From Pirellulales bacterium (lineage in GTDB: Bacteria > Planctomycetota > Planctomycetia > Pirellulales > JAICIG01), in NCBI GenBank assembly GCA_025927475.1, contig JAICLL010000005.1, forward strand, positions 21,219-85,218: a stretch of DNA of 64,000 nucleotides, given 5' to 3'. Positions 15,718 through 24,779 of this stretch are shown here, one piece after another. The position numbers and the translations under genes were made by a program. Each line of letters starts with the position of its first letter. The stretch's first letter is position 1. Under the pieces are notes generated by a model that saw only the letters and a list, made by a program, of their open reading frames with translations, made no database searches and was not told the DNA's origin.

Positions 15718-16977
15718 TCAGTACCTTGCCAGTTGCACTGCCTCTGGTGCGGCGGGCAGCGATTCTTTTCGCTTGACCCGGCGCGGCTTCACAAATGCAT
15801 CGCGAAGCACAAGAAACGGATGTTCGATCAGGCAGTAAGTCACGACTGCCGCCGCGGCCGACAACGCCGCGACGATACACTCCGAAGCCAAGAGGTGCAG
15901 CGACGGCGCCGTGTCTCTACCGGGCAGATAGGCTAGGGTGAAACGAACTGCCGGCGCGTGGAGATACGAATGGTTCAGATACATGCCATACGAAAGCCGA
16001 GACAACCAATAAAACACCCGCCCCGATATCGCGCGGTTGATGAAGCCTTCGGGCGGTAAGAAGCGGTCAGTCTGCAGAGCGAGCCAAACCAAGCTACCAA
16101 GAAGAAATGTCATCCCCGTGAGGTTGAATACCTCGCGCTGCACGCCGCGGAATAGAGGCATGGCGATGCACGAGGCCAGCAACAGCACCCAGGCGGTCAG
16201 GGCGGCGCCGCCGCGCACTGAATCTCGGCCGCGCTCAACGACCAGGTTTGCGAGAATCAGGCCCATCAGCAGTCCGTCACAGTTGGAATGAATAGGTTGG
16301 TAAATGTGTCGGTTCCATAGCCCCGGGTCATGGCGCCAAAAATCGCCCGTCAGGCGACACCAGGTCAACGCACGGATGGCCGGCAGCGCCAACAAGGCAA
16401 TCCAGAGATAACGCCGGTAGCGCGCCACCGGCGTGACGAACTGCGCGGAAACAATCAGCGCCAGCGGAGCGAGCAGATAAAATTGCTCCTCCGTGCAGAG
16501 CGACCAGCTACCCATGACGACGCCGTGGTTGAGATAGTTCGTGAGAAACACGGCGTCCGACCAGCCTTGACCGCCGAGAAAATCTCCCCGGCCCAACACG
16601 CAGAGCACAAAGACCAGGAAAAAGAAGTAGAGCGGCCAGATCCGGAAGCCGCGCCGCAAAAAGAACCGCCAAAAATCGATGGTGCCTTGGGTGGCCAGCT
16701 CGCGCCAGAGCTGCAAACCGATCAAGTAGCCGCTGAGCACGAAAAAGAGGTTGACGCCGATCCAGCCCGCGCCCAAGATTCGAACCCGTCCAAGTGCGCT
16801 GTGTATTCCTCCAGCGTTCTCGTAACTTTCAAGCGTGTGGCCCCAGACCACAATGAGCACCGCGCAGGTGCGCAGCACGTCGAGCGCCGGCAGTTGGCCA
16901 CGCGGCCGATGCCGAAGATCGTTGAGAGAACCGGCAAAGAGTCGGCTCAGTTGATTCGCGGCGGCTTCGATAGTCAC
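15718..16977 (-). CDS. acyltransferase family 3 (integral membrane O-acyltransferase, OafA/YrhL-like)
   Basis: About 10 TM helices and an N-terminal LDVLRTCAVLIVVWGHT motif typical of acyltransferase_3. Confidence 0.82.
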   Translation of the reverse strand: MTIEAAANQLSRLFAGSLNDLRHRPRGQLPALDVLRTCAVLIVVWGHTLESYENAGGIHSALGRVRILGAGWIGVNLFFVLSGYLIGLQLWRELATQGTIDFWRFFLRRGFRIWPLYFFFLVFVLCVLGRGDFLGGQGWSDAVFLTNYLNHGVVMGSWSLCTEEQFYLLAPLALIVSAQFVTPVARYRRYLWIALLALPAIRALTWCRLTGDFWRHDPGLWNRHIYQPIHSNCDGLLMGLILANLVVERGRDSVRGGAALTAWVLLLASCIAMPLFRGVQREVFNLTGMTFLLGSLVWLALQTDRFLPPEGFINRAISGRVFYWLSRLSYGMYLNHSYLHAPAVRFTLAYLPGRDTAPSLHLLASECIVAALSAAAAVVTYCLIEHPFLVLRDAFVKPRRVKRKESLPAAPEAVQLARY

Positions 16978-17045
16978 GGCGCGATGATGCTTCCGATTTG
17001 AACGACCTCTGTTTCGCCTATTGCCTGCTCCGCCATCAACAGCTC

Positions 17046-17855
17046 CTAAAACGTCCAGTGAACACGATGCGGCATGAACAGAAACTTCCGCTTAAACCGC
17101 CGCATCGCCTCGCGCGCCCCAAAATAGGTGCCATACACGAAGTATTGCACGTCGGGATATTGTTCCCGGAGGTGTTTCGCCAGCGAGACGATGAGCAACG
17201 GCACGACTCCCTCGGCATGATAGGTGGCATCGCCCAAAATATGCTCGAGCATGCATGCTTTTCCTGCTACCAGGCAGCCGGCGTAGGCATAAAGATCCCC
17301 GCCGCGCAGCGTTCCCGCATAGAAGTAGTCGTGCCACGGCAGCAACGACGTGGGGTTGGAAATCGGTGTCACGTCGCCGGAGAGCAGGCCGGCGGACACT
17401 TTGCCTTGGCGATAGTCGGTCGATCGACGAATGCGCCGAATCGCTTCTAAATGATCGTTATAGTTCACTGTCGAGAACTGAAATCCGTTTCGCTGAGCTT
17501 TCTTGTAATTCCGTCGTGCGGCCGCCTCGATCGACATAAAGTAGCTGTCGAAGGTCTCGGGCAGCTTGCACACAGCCGCATACGCAAATCGGCGGACAAG
17601 CGGAAGCTTCGGATGCCGCGATACCGCGTGGGAGTAAAAGCTCCGCACGATGTCCGCATAGAAGGGGTCGTTGTTTACAGTTCGTTCGCCCATCAAATCA
17701 ATGCTTACCCGCGGCAGGCGCCACATCTCCTGGACGTCTCGCAGCAGACGCCGCGGCCGGTCGAATGCTTGCCGCCAACCTTCGCGCGAGCAGCGAGCGG
17801 CCTCGCTCGGCTGATTTGTCTCGTGAACTTTGACCACCGCCTCAGATGCTGCCAT
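17046..17855 (-). CDS. hypothetical protein, possible GNAT-fold/FemAB-like acyltransferase
   Basis: 269-aa ORF in operon context. The C-terminal half (AYAGCLVAGKACMLEHILGD..GVVPLLIVSLAKHL) looks GNAT-like, but the assignment is weak. Confidence 0.5.
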   Translation of the reverse strand: MAASEAVVKVHETNQPSEAARCSREGWRQAFDRPRRLLRDVQEMWRLPRVSIDLMGERTVNNDPFYADIVRSFYSHAVSRHPKLPLVRRFAYAAVCKLPETFDSYFMSIEAAARRNYKKAQRNGFQFSTVNYNDHLEAIRRIRRSTDYRQGKVSAGLLSGDVTPISNPTSLLPWHDYFYAGTLRGGDLYAYAGCLVAGKACMLEHILGDATYHAEGVVPLLIVSLAKHLREQYPDVQYFVYGTYFGAREAMRRFKRKFLFMPHRVHWTF

Positions 17856-17866
17856 CGTTCAATCGC

Positions 17867-18484
17867 TCAGAGTGTGTCGGGGCGCAGAAAAACCCCGACC
17901 GGTCCGTAAAAGCCGCACTTGCTGATGACCCGCAGACAGGGCTTGTTCGCCGGGCTTGTATCAATGTAGAAAATCGTAGTTCCCCGGGCGATGTGCGCGT
18001 TGACTGCGTCCTGCAGAACCGCCGCCGCCACGTTGCGGCCACGGACTTCGGCGGCGGTCCAAATCGGCCCGATCACCGCCGCCTCGTTCTCAATCCAGTA
18101 GTATCTTGATCGCCCGAGAGTGGTCCAAGTGTAGTGAGCCAACGCCCCGTCCAGGGTCGCGCAAAAGAGGGCCCGCCTGGTGGTGAGCAACTTCAACCAG
18201 CCTTTCACTGCCGACTTGAAACCGCTCGTTGCTACGAAATCCCAGAAGTACTTGCGGTACTCCCACGCCCCAACCTGCGAGATAGCGACGCCTTCGGTGG
18301 TCGGAGGTGAACCGAAGGCGCGGTCGCGTATCTGGCGGAAAACAAGTTGGGCCTTGGCAGCGCTCGGAATATAAACGAGAACTTCATTCGCTGCGCCGTA
18401 ATCGGCTGAACAAACACATTCTGCCATAGGCGGCTTACTACCTTTGATTGAGGCAAGTTCGTATCCGGCGACCTTGGGATGCAT
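17867..18484 (-). CDS. GNAT family N-acetyltransferase
   Basis: IGPIWTAAEVRGRNVAAAVLQDAVNAHIARG is an acetyl-CoA binding (motif A) like segment; 205 aa. Confidence 0.7.
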   Translation of the reverse strand: MHPKVAGYELASIKGSKPPMAECVCSADYGAANEVLVYIPSAAKAQLVFRQIRDRAFGSPPTTEGVAISQVGAWEYRKYFWDFVATSGFKSAVKGWLKLLTTRRALFCATLDGALAHYTWTTLGRSRYYWIENEAAVIGPIWTAAEVRGRNVAAAVLQDAVNAHIARGTTIFYIDTSPANKPCLRVISKCGFYGPVGVFLRPDTL

Positions 18485-19417
18485 TCAATTCGCGCGATCG
18501 CTCCGGCGATAAAGGCCGGCCAGTCGCAATACGGAGACCATCAAAAGTTTCGCGCGCGCCCCAGGGATAACCACCGACCAGCGCGGATAGGGAAGCGGCC
18601 AATACAGCAGCGAACGGGCGAGCTGCGCCAGCGCCCGCCGCGGGCAATCGTCGCAACCCGCCCAGCGATAATAGGTATGAGACCGCCAGAACAAGCTGCC
18701 CCGCAGGCCAAGCCGCTGGCGGTTGCGGTCCACCACGCGGCGCATGTTATTGATGTCGCGGGCGAGGTTCGAGCGCGAGAGCGAGCCGGCTTCGAGCACG
18801 GCTGTGGCGAGGGGTTCGGAGCAAAGATACATCGGCGTTTTGGCGATCAGCCGCACCCACAAATCGCGGTCTTCGGCCGGCTCCAAGCCCGACACGAATC
18901 GCTCATCGCCCAATGCCTCACGCCGGACCAGCACCGTGCCCGTCCAGACTTCGGCGGCTGCCCGAAAGGCCGCCGCGCCGCGCGCCCGTTGCACGCGCTC
19001 GAAACGCTCTGGCCCGCTTCTCAGGCCAGCTCGCCGCTTTACTCCGTCAGGCTGCTGCACGGAATACTGTCCGGCCACCAGCCCCAATTCTGGGTGCCGC
19101 TCGAACACCGCGAGTTGCCATTCGAGTTTTTCGGGTTCCCAGTAATCGTCCGCGTCGAGAAAAGCGATGAAATCGCCGCGGGCGCGTTCGATTCCCAAGT
19201 TGCGGGCGCTGGCGGCGCCGCCGTTGGGCTGGCGGACCAGTGTCACGCGCTTGCCGTAAGGAGCGAGGGCCGCAGCCAGGTCATCGGGACTGCCGTCATC
19301 AACCACCAGAATCTCCGCAGCCCGCACCGTCTGCGCTAGCACGCTTTCAACCGCGCGAGCGATCGTCGCGGCCGCACGATAAGCGGGAATAATGACGGAT
19401 ATGCGAGGCGACTGCAT
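18485..19417 (-). CDS. family 2 glycosyltransferase
   Basis: RISVIIPAYRAAATIARAVESVLAQT..ILVVDDGSPDD..FLDADD. The ATG at 19417 overlaps the upstream stop as TAATG. The ORF track extends to 19540. Confidence 0.88.
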   Translation of the reverse strand: MQSPRISVIIPAYRAAATIARAVESVLAQTVRAAEILVVDDGSPDDLAAALAPYGKRVTLVRQPNGGAASARNLGIERARGDFIAFLDADDYWEPEKLEWQLAVFERHPELGLVAGQYSVQQPDGVKRRAGLRSGPERFERVQRARGAAAFRAAAEVWTGTVLVRREALGDERFVSGLEPAEDRDLWVRLIAKTPMYLCSEPLATAVLEAGSLSRSNLARDINNMRRVVDRNRQRLGLRGSLFWRSHTYYRWAGCDDCPRRALAQLARSLLYWPLPYPRWSVVIPGARAKLLMVSVLRLAGLYRRSDRAN

Positions 19418-20433
19418 TACAAGTTTTCGAGCGAGGGCGCCAACGGTTCGCGGCATCCCCGCCTGTCTGCGAGGAGCCGGCCGGCGATCCCAATCGCCTT
19501 GCCGACGCTGGCAGCAATCCGCTTCGCTGCCGCAAAGCACTCAGGCGACCGGGCGCCATGCCGGAGTAGCGACGCCACGGTGGCGCACGCTGCTCTTCCG
19601 GCGTACCAATTCATGCGGGCTAAGCCGTACCAGCCGGCCTCTTCGTCTGGCATGTACCGCGCCTCGGAACGAAAGCCCCAGTAAAGGCGCGAGAAAAACC
19701 AGCGCCGCCGAAGGCGCTCCGGCGCCACTCGGTGGCCGACGACCGCCGCGGGCTCGTAGAGCAATGATCCGCCGGCCCGCTCCAAACGTTCCAGCAACTC
19801 GGTGTCGCCGCCGCTGAGCAGCAATGTTCCGACCCGATCCAGATCGGTGCGGAAGCCGCCTACGCGACGCAGCCACTCTTTGCGGAAACTGAGGTTTAAG
19901 CCGAAGAGTTCATCGGCTTTGGCCGGTCGGCGATCTGCGCCGTGATCGACCTTCGACAGCAGCCCCTCGTCACGATCGGTAATCCAGGCGGGACGCATCT
20001 GCGGATAAATCAGATACGCCTTGCCGCCAACCGCCGCATAATCACCGCACGAAAACGCGCTCGCCAGGGCCTGCAGCCAGGCGGGGTCGACCTCCACGTC
20101 GTCATCGAGAAATGCCACGATTTCGCCGCGCGCTTCTACAATGGCCCGATTTCGCGCATGGCACAATCCCTGCTTCAATTCGACCACCCGTCGCAGCCGG
20201 TCCGAGAACCGCCCCGCCGCCGACTCGACCACATCCGCGGTCGAGTCGGAGCAATGGTTGTCGATGATCAGGATTTCGTGCTCGATCTCGGCCGCCTTCA
20301 GACGCGTGAGGCTTTCTAGAGTCAATCGCAGTTCCTCGGCGCGATTATAGGTCGGGATAGCAATGCTGATCATCGGCGGCAGACCTTGCGCCGGCTGACT
20401 GTCGATGTAGCCAGCGGTTTCCATTCCGATCAT
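19417..20433 (-). CDS. family 2 glycosyltransferase
   Basis: ISIAIPTYNRAEELRLTLESL..ILIIDNHCSDST..FLDDDV. Confidence 0.88.
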   Translation of the reverse strand: MIGMETAGYIDSQPAQGLPPMISIAIPTYNRAEELRLTLESLTRLKAAEIEHEILIIDNHCSDSTADVVESAAGRFSDRLRRVVELKQGLCHARNRAIVEARGEIVAFLDDDVEVDPAWLQALASAFSCGDYAAVGGKAYLIYPQMRPAWITDRDEGLLSKVDHGADRRPAKADELFGLNLSFRKEWLRRVGGFRTDLDRVGTLLLSGGDTELLERLERAGGSLLYEPAAVVGHRVAPERLRRRWFFSRLYWGFRSEARYMPDEEAGWYGLARMNWYAGRAACATVASLLRHGARSPECFAAAKRIAASVGKAIGIAGRLLADRRGCREPLAPSLENL

Positions 20434-20434
20434 G

Positions 20435-21313
20435 CTAGAACACTATTTTAAGGCGGGAAAGTACAATCCCCGCGAGGCAGCGGAAATGTTTCCACGATAA
20501 AGGATCGTATCGGAGCGCGGCGAAGATGTGGCGAAACGCTGGACCGTGCGCCTTCGCCTCTCGAAACATAAATGCGGCGACAAAGTTTCCCTCCGCGCGG
20601 AGACGCTTCGCCATCTGAGGATTGCCGCAATGCATTGCTTGTGCCTCAAGTATGGCACATTCTTGCTTGGCTTGAAACTGTCTTGACCCCATCTTCGCAT
20701 GATGGCGGAAGAAAAATGGTGCATCGCCGGCAAGCTTGCTGATCGGGAAGCGCGTAGCGAGCCGGAGCCAGTACTCATAATCCTCCGCTGTATCGAAGCG
20801 CGAATCAAATCCGCCGATCGTCTCATACACTTCGCGGCGCCACATCACGCAGAGTCCGACTTGGTTGTAAGACTTGAGAGCGTCTTCTGGTGCCCCCGTC
20901 TCCAGACGGCCGGTGATCTGGCCATCTTCGTTGATCGTCTGCATGTCGCAATACACGAGCCCCGGCTCCCTGTGTGCCTCCAGGTGACGCACCATCAACT
21001 CTAAGGCGTCTTCACGAAATCGATCATCCTGAGCAAGCCGAGTGAGGTATGCGCCGCGAGCGGCGGAGAATCCCGTGTTGAACGCCCGCGATACACCGCC
21101 ATTTCTCGCGCGGCACACCGCACGAACACGCCCGTCCCACTTTGAATATCGTTCTGCGATCTTGGCACAAGAATCCGGACTGGCATCGTCGACGACAATC
21201 ACCTCAATACTTCGGTAGGTTTGGCTTAGACAGCTTTCGATCGCCTCAGACAAAAAGCGCTCGCCCATATAACAAGGGATCACAACGCTCACTAGTTTTT
21301 CCGCCTCGCTCAC
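20435..21313 (-). CDS. family 2 glycosyltransferase
   Basis: VSVVIPCYMGERFLSEAIESCLSQTY..VIVVDDASPDS. Confidence 0.88.
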   Translation of the reverse strand: MSEAEKLVSVVIPCYMGERFLSEAIESCLSQTYRSIEVIVVDDASPDSCAKIAERYSKWDGRVRAVCRARNGGVSRAFNTGFSAARGAYLTRLAQDDRFREDALELMVRHLEAHREPGLVYCDMQTINEDGQITGRLETGAPEDALKSYNQVGLCVMWRREVYETIGGFDSRFDTAEDYEYWLRLATRFPISKLAGDAPFFFRHHAKMGSRQFQAKQECAILEAQAMHCGNPQMAKRLRAEGNFVAAFMFREAKAHGPAFRHIFAALRYDPLSWKHFRCLAGIVLSRLKIVF

Positions 21314-21325
21314 GGTCGTGTCATC

Positions 21326-22255
21326 TCACTCCGCGTGTCTCGTCGGATTCTGCCGTGCTTGGCCGGCAACGGCAATGACATACTTCGATGATTCGCGACC
21401 TGGCGCAATGAGTCGGCGCACCAAGTACGAATTGAAGCAATTCCGCTCGCCCGGTAGTCGGCTACAAATTGCGCTTACGGGGTCGCGCCGCGTGGATTCC
21501 GTCGCGACGTCCCAGCGACTTCCGCCCAAGAGATGGCGTAGTCGCCAATATCCGCGAAGCTTGCGCCACGGACTAGAACGCGCCGCCAGCGACCGTGGCA
21601 GCCACCACGGCGCGCGTGCGACTACCTGAGAATAAAATCGCACCTGGCCAAAGTAATTCTTCAGTAAAGACCCAAATGCGTCACGCGTCATTTCCGAGCA
21701 GTGAAACGGATTCGGACCGTCCTCGTCGCTATAAAGAAGCGTATCAGGGGTTGAGATAACTAGCCGGCCGTCTGTCTTGAGAACACGAGCGCATTCAGCG
21801 ACGAACCGCTCAGGTTGGGCTAAATGTTCAATTGTCTCAAACGACACAATCCGGTCGATGGAGCGCGTGGCGAGCGGCATCGCTGCCGCATCGGCCACAC
21901 GCGCCTCAATGCCGTATTTGCGCGCGGCATGCTCGCAGGCCTCAGCCGAGACGTCGATGCCAATCACGCGCTCGGCGCCTGCGCGCAGCAGTGCGGCGCT
22001 GCCATAACCTTCACCGCAGGCGATGTCGACGACCGTCTGGTTTTGCACAAAACGGGTCGCGAAGCGATATCGAAAAATATGCTCCCAAAACGTATCGGGG
22101 ACGCTTTGCTCGGGCACCATTCGCTCACCGGTGGCTTCGAGCGGAGCGATTGTTCCAGGAAAACATGACATCAGCATCTTCGAGGGTCCAATAGGTTGTG
22201 TGTGTACCACGCCGAGGCAGTTGTGTTCAGGACACCTCGGAGCGGCATTGTTCAA
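21326..22255 (-). CDS. class I SAM-dependent methyltransferase
   Basis: VVDIACGEGYGSAALLRAGAERVIGIDVS is SAM-binding motif I. Confidence 0.85.
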   Translation of the reverse strand: MNNAAPRCPEHNCLGVVHTQPIGPSKMLMSCFPGTIAPLEATGERMVPEQSVPDTFWEHIFRYRFATRFVQNQTVVDIACGEGYGSAALLRAGAERVIGIDVSAEACEHAARKYGIEARVADAAAMPLATRSIDRIVSFETIEHLAQPERFVAECARVLKTDGRLVISTPDTLLYSDEDGPNPFHCSEMTRDAFGSLLKNYFGQVRFYSQVVARAPWWLPRSLAARSSPWRKLRGYWRLRHLLGGSRWDVATESTRRDPVSAICSRLPGERNCFNSYLVRRLIAPGRESSKYVIAVAGQARQNPTRHAE

Positions 22256-22324
22256 GGTGGAATATGGTGCGCTCCGCCGGTACTATTCTCTCGCCGGGCG
22301 AACTGACCGGTGCCTCAGCTTAGT

Positions 22325-23392
22325 TCATAACGGCCGTGCGTCGTGCTTGCGCAGGTAAAAGGTTGCAGCGCCGGCACGTGCGGTCACACTGGCGTCAGCG
22401 GCGCACCGCGCAAATTCACTCACTTCGTCCTGGGTGAAACACATATCTGGTTGTCGAAAACAGCCGCGCTGGTCGTCATATAACGTAATGCCACGGCGGT
22501 AAAGCTCGCTCCCCCAGTACGCGATTTCGGAGGTGTCCCACACAATGTGGTATACGTGTAGGCCGGCACGGAGGGCGACTTGCCGTAAGCTCTGTTCAGT
22601 GTGAAGGAATAAATGGCGCGGGGCGTCTAGGCCTACCCAATCCGTTCCGTATCTGGACCATGGATCTGAGCCGGCTACCGGTATTGCGATCGTGCAAATT
22701 CCATTGGTATGCAGGAGGGTAGCGGCGGACCGCAGCGCGGATGCTTGGTCAGGCATATGTTCGAGCGAATGATTAAACATGACGAGGTCGAACTCCCCGC
22801 GCACCGCATCAAGCTGCGTGGCAAGAATACGAACGGACCGACCGATGCTGATACTCTCGCGCAGAAATGGGTCCACGCCAAGTAAGTTTGTGAATCCGGC
22901 GTCTGCGAGCTCGCAGAGCAGATCCCCCGCGCCGCTGCCCACGTCAAGAATCCTCGCGTCTGCTCGCAGCCGGCCGACTGGTCCGAGAAGTCCTTTCAGT
23001 CGGGCGACGTCCCGGCGCGGTCGTAGCATCGCAATCAGGCGCCAAAGCGGGTTCGCCCGGTAGAGCTGTGCAAAGTTACGGTGCCGCCCTGCCCACCGTC
23101 GGACGGCGGACAGCAGCGAACCATTGGCAATCGTATACCGTGAACCGTTACGTGGATGCGTGTACGAGTAATAGTAGTCAGGGTAATAGCGACTCAGGTC
23201 AGACGGCGGAGCCAGGATTTGCAAACATCCGCAAGTGCTGCATTCAAAATAAACGAACTCGCCGCCAAAACCGAACATCTTCTCGCTGGCGTGGTGGACG
23301 AGGCCGCGAGTTCCCGCGCAGACGGTGCACGCAGGAGCGGGCGACGGAGTCGGATGGCTTAAATAGCTCTCCGATGTTTGTTCGGCCAGCAT
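22325..23392 (-). CDS. class I SAM-dependent methyltransferase with N-terminal Cys4 ribbon
   Basis: CTVCAG..CSTCGC pairs, then ILDVGSGAGDLLCELADAGF..GVDP motif I. Confidence 0.85.
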   Translation of the reverse strand: MLAEQTSESYLSHPTPSPAPACTVCAGTRGLVHHASEKMFGFGGEFVYFECSTCGCLQILAPPSDLSRYYPDYYYSYTHPRNGSRYTIANGSLLSAVRRWAGRHRNFAQLYRANPLWRLIAMLRPRRDVARLKGLLGPVGRLRADARILDVGSGAGDLLCELADAGFTNLLGVDPFLRESISIGRSVRILATQLDAVRGEFDLVMFNHSLEHMPDQASALRSAATLLHTNGICTIAIPVAGSDPWSRYGTDWVGLDAPRHLFLHTEQSLRQVALRAGLHVYHIVWDTSEIAYWGSELYRRGITLYDDQRGCFRQPDMCFTQDEVSEFARCAADASVTARAGAATFYLRKHDARPL

Positions 23393-23413
23393 GTCTGAAG
23401 AGCTCTCCTTGAA

Positions 23414-24763
23414 CTAGCGGCAGGTGTCGACAACGGCGCGCCAGGCATGTGCGCTTCGGTCGATCGAGTGCGTTGCGGTTTCGCCGGTTGGTTTCAATGC
23501 GCTCTCTGGTGAGCCGCTCAGCGCCCAAGCGTGGCGGCAAAGAAGCTGCCCGAATGAGGAAGGAGGAACTCGGCCGCTTCGAAAAAATGGACCCGGTGCC
23601 ACATTAAACTCGGCGGCGCCGGCGACAACATCAACGTCATGATTGTTCTCCTGAAGGCAGATATTCACAAGGTAGCGTCCGGTTGCGAGCGGCAGTTCCG
23701 GAATCTCGCAATGGAAAGAACCGCTCGACGGCGCCTTCGTAAAAGCGTCACCCGAGTATGTTGTGCTAAAATACGTTATCGGTGCACCAACGTCGTTGTA
23801 AAACGCCATATGAATGGAAGGATTGACTAGCGGCTCACCCCCCGTGTAGTCAATGGCCACGGTCATCGAGTCGCCACAACAAATTTCGTTGATTACACCA
23901 CCGGCGCTATTCAAGAACGACACCTGCCTGATCAGCGCGCGGCGGTTGCCTGACCTGTCTTCACGTTCAAGCAACGGCGTCGAGGACGCGCGCGATAGGG
24001 AACTCATGTATGAGCTGATCACGGTCGCGCAGTCGCCGGCTTCACGAAGAGTTCCGGCGGACAACCACACCGCACGTTCGCACAGAGAGGCCATGACTCC
24101 CATGTGATGGCTCACGAACAGCACCGTGCGGCCGCTTTTGCTGACCTCGCGCATTTTCCCAAGGCACCTCTTCTGAAACTCCGCATCGCCTACGGCGAGC
24201 ACCTCGTCGACCAGCAAGATCTCCAGATTGAGATGGGCCGCCACCGCGAATGCGAGGCGCACATGCATGCCGCTAGAATATCGCTTCACCGGCGTGTCGA
24301 GAAACGGCCCTACGCCCGCGAAATCAACGATGGTATCGAAGTTGCGTTGAATCTCACGGCGACTCATGCCGAGAATACTGCCGTTCATGTAGACGTTTTC
24401 GCGCCCACTGAGCTCTGGATGGAATCCGGTGCCGACCTCGAGCAAGCTGCCGACGCGGCCGTTGATTTGCACCTCGCCGACGGTCGGTGCCGTAATTCGC
24501 GAGAGAATCTTGAGCAATGTGCTTTTGCCTGCCCCGTTGCTGCCGATGACGCCGATCACTTCCCCGGGCTGGACCTCAAAGGTCAGGCCGTTCAACGCCC
24601 AAAACTGTTCAGTATCATTTTTCGCCTCGCCGCGCAGGCGGCGTAGCGGCGCGGTCGCGGCCCGGACCAGGCTGTCGCGCAGCGTGCGGTAGGGCGCTCG
24701 CGCAGCGGCGTGGTTCACGCTGTAGCGCTTGCCGAGGTTACGAACGGAAATGGCGGGAGACAC
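23414..24763 (-). CDS. wzt: polysaccharide ABC exporter ATP-binding protein with extended C-terminal (glycan-binding type) domain
   Basis: Walker A GSNGAGKST, signature YSSGM, Walker B ILLVDE, plus a ~200-aa C-terminal extension. The ORF track start at 24847 overlaps wzm by 68 nt, so the GTG at 24763 is proposed. Confidence 0.9.
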   Translation of the reverse strand: MSPAISVRNLGKRYSVNHAAARAPYRTLRDSLVRAATAPLRRLRGEAKNDTEQFWALNGLTFEVQPGEVIGVIGSNGAGKSTLLKILSRITAPTVGEVQINGRVGSLLEVGTGFHPELSGRENVYMNGSILGMSRREIQRNFDTIVDFAGVGPFLDTPVKRYSSGMHVRLAFAVAAHLNLEILLVDEVLAVGDAEFQKRCLGKMREVSKSGRTVLFVSHHMGVMASLCERAVWLSAGTLREAGDCATVISSYMSSLSRASSTPLLEREDRSGNRRALIRQVSFLNSAGGVINEICCGDSMTVAIDYTGGEPLVNPSIHMAFYNDVGAPITYFSTTYSGDAFTKAPSSGSFHCEIPELPLATGRYLVNICLQENNHDVDVVAGAAEFNVAPGPFFRSGRVPPSSFGQLLCRHAWALSGSPESALKPTGETATHSIDRSAHAWRAVVDTCR

Positions 24764-24779
24764 GGAACGGAATCTTGGT

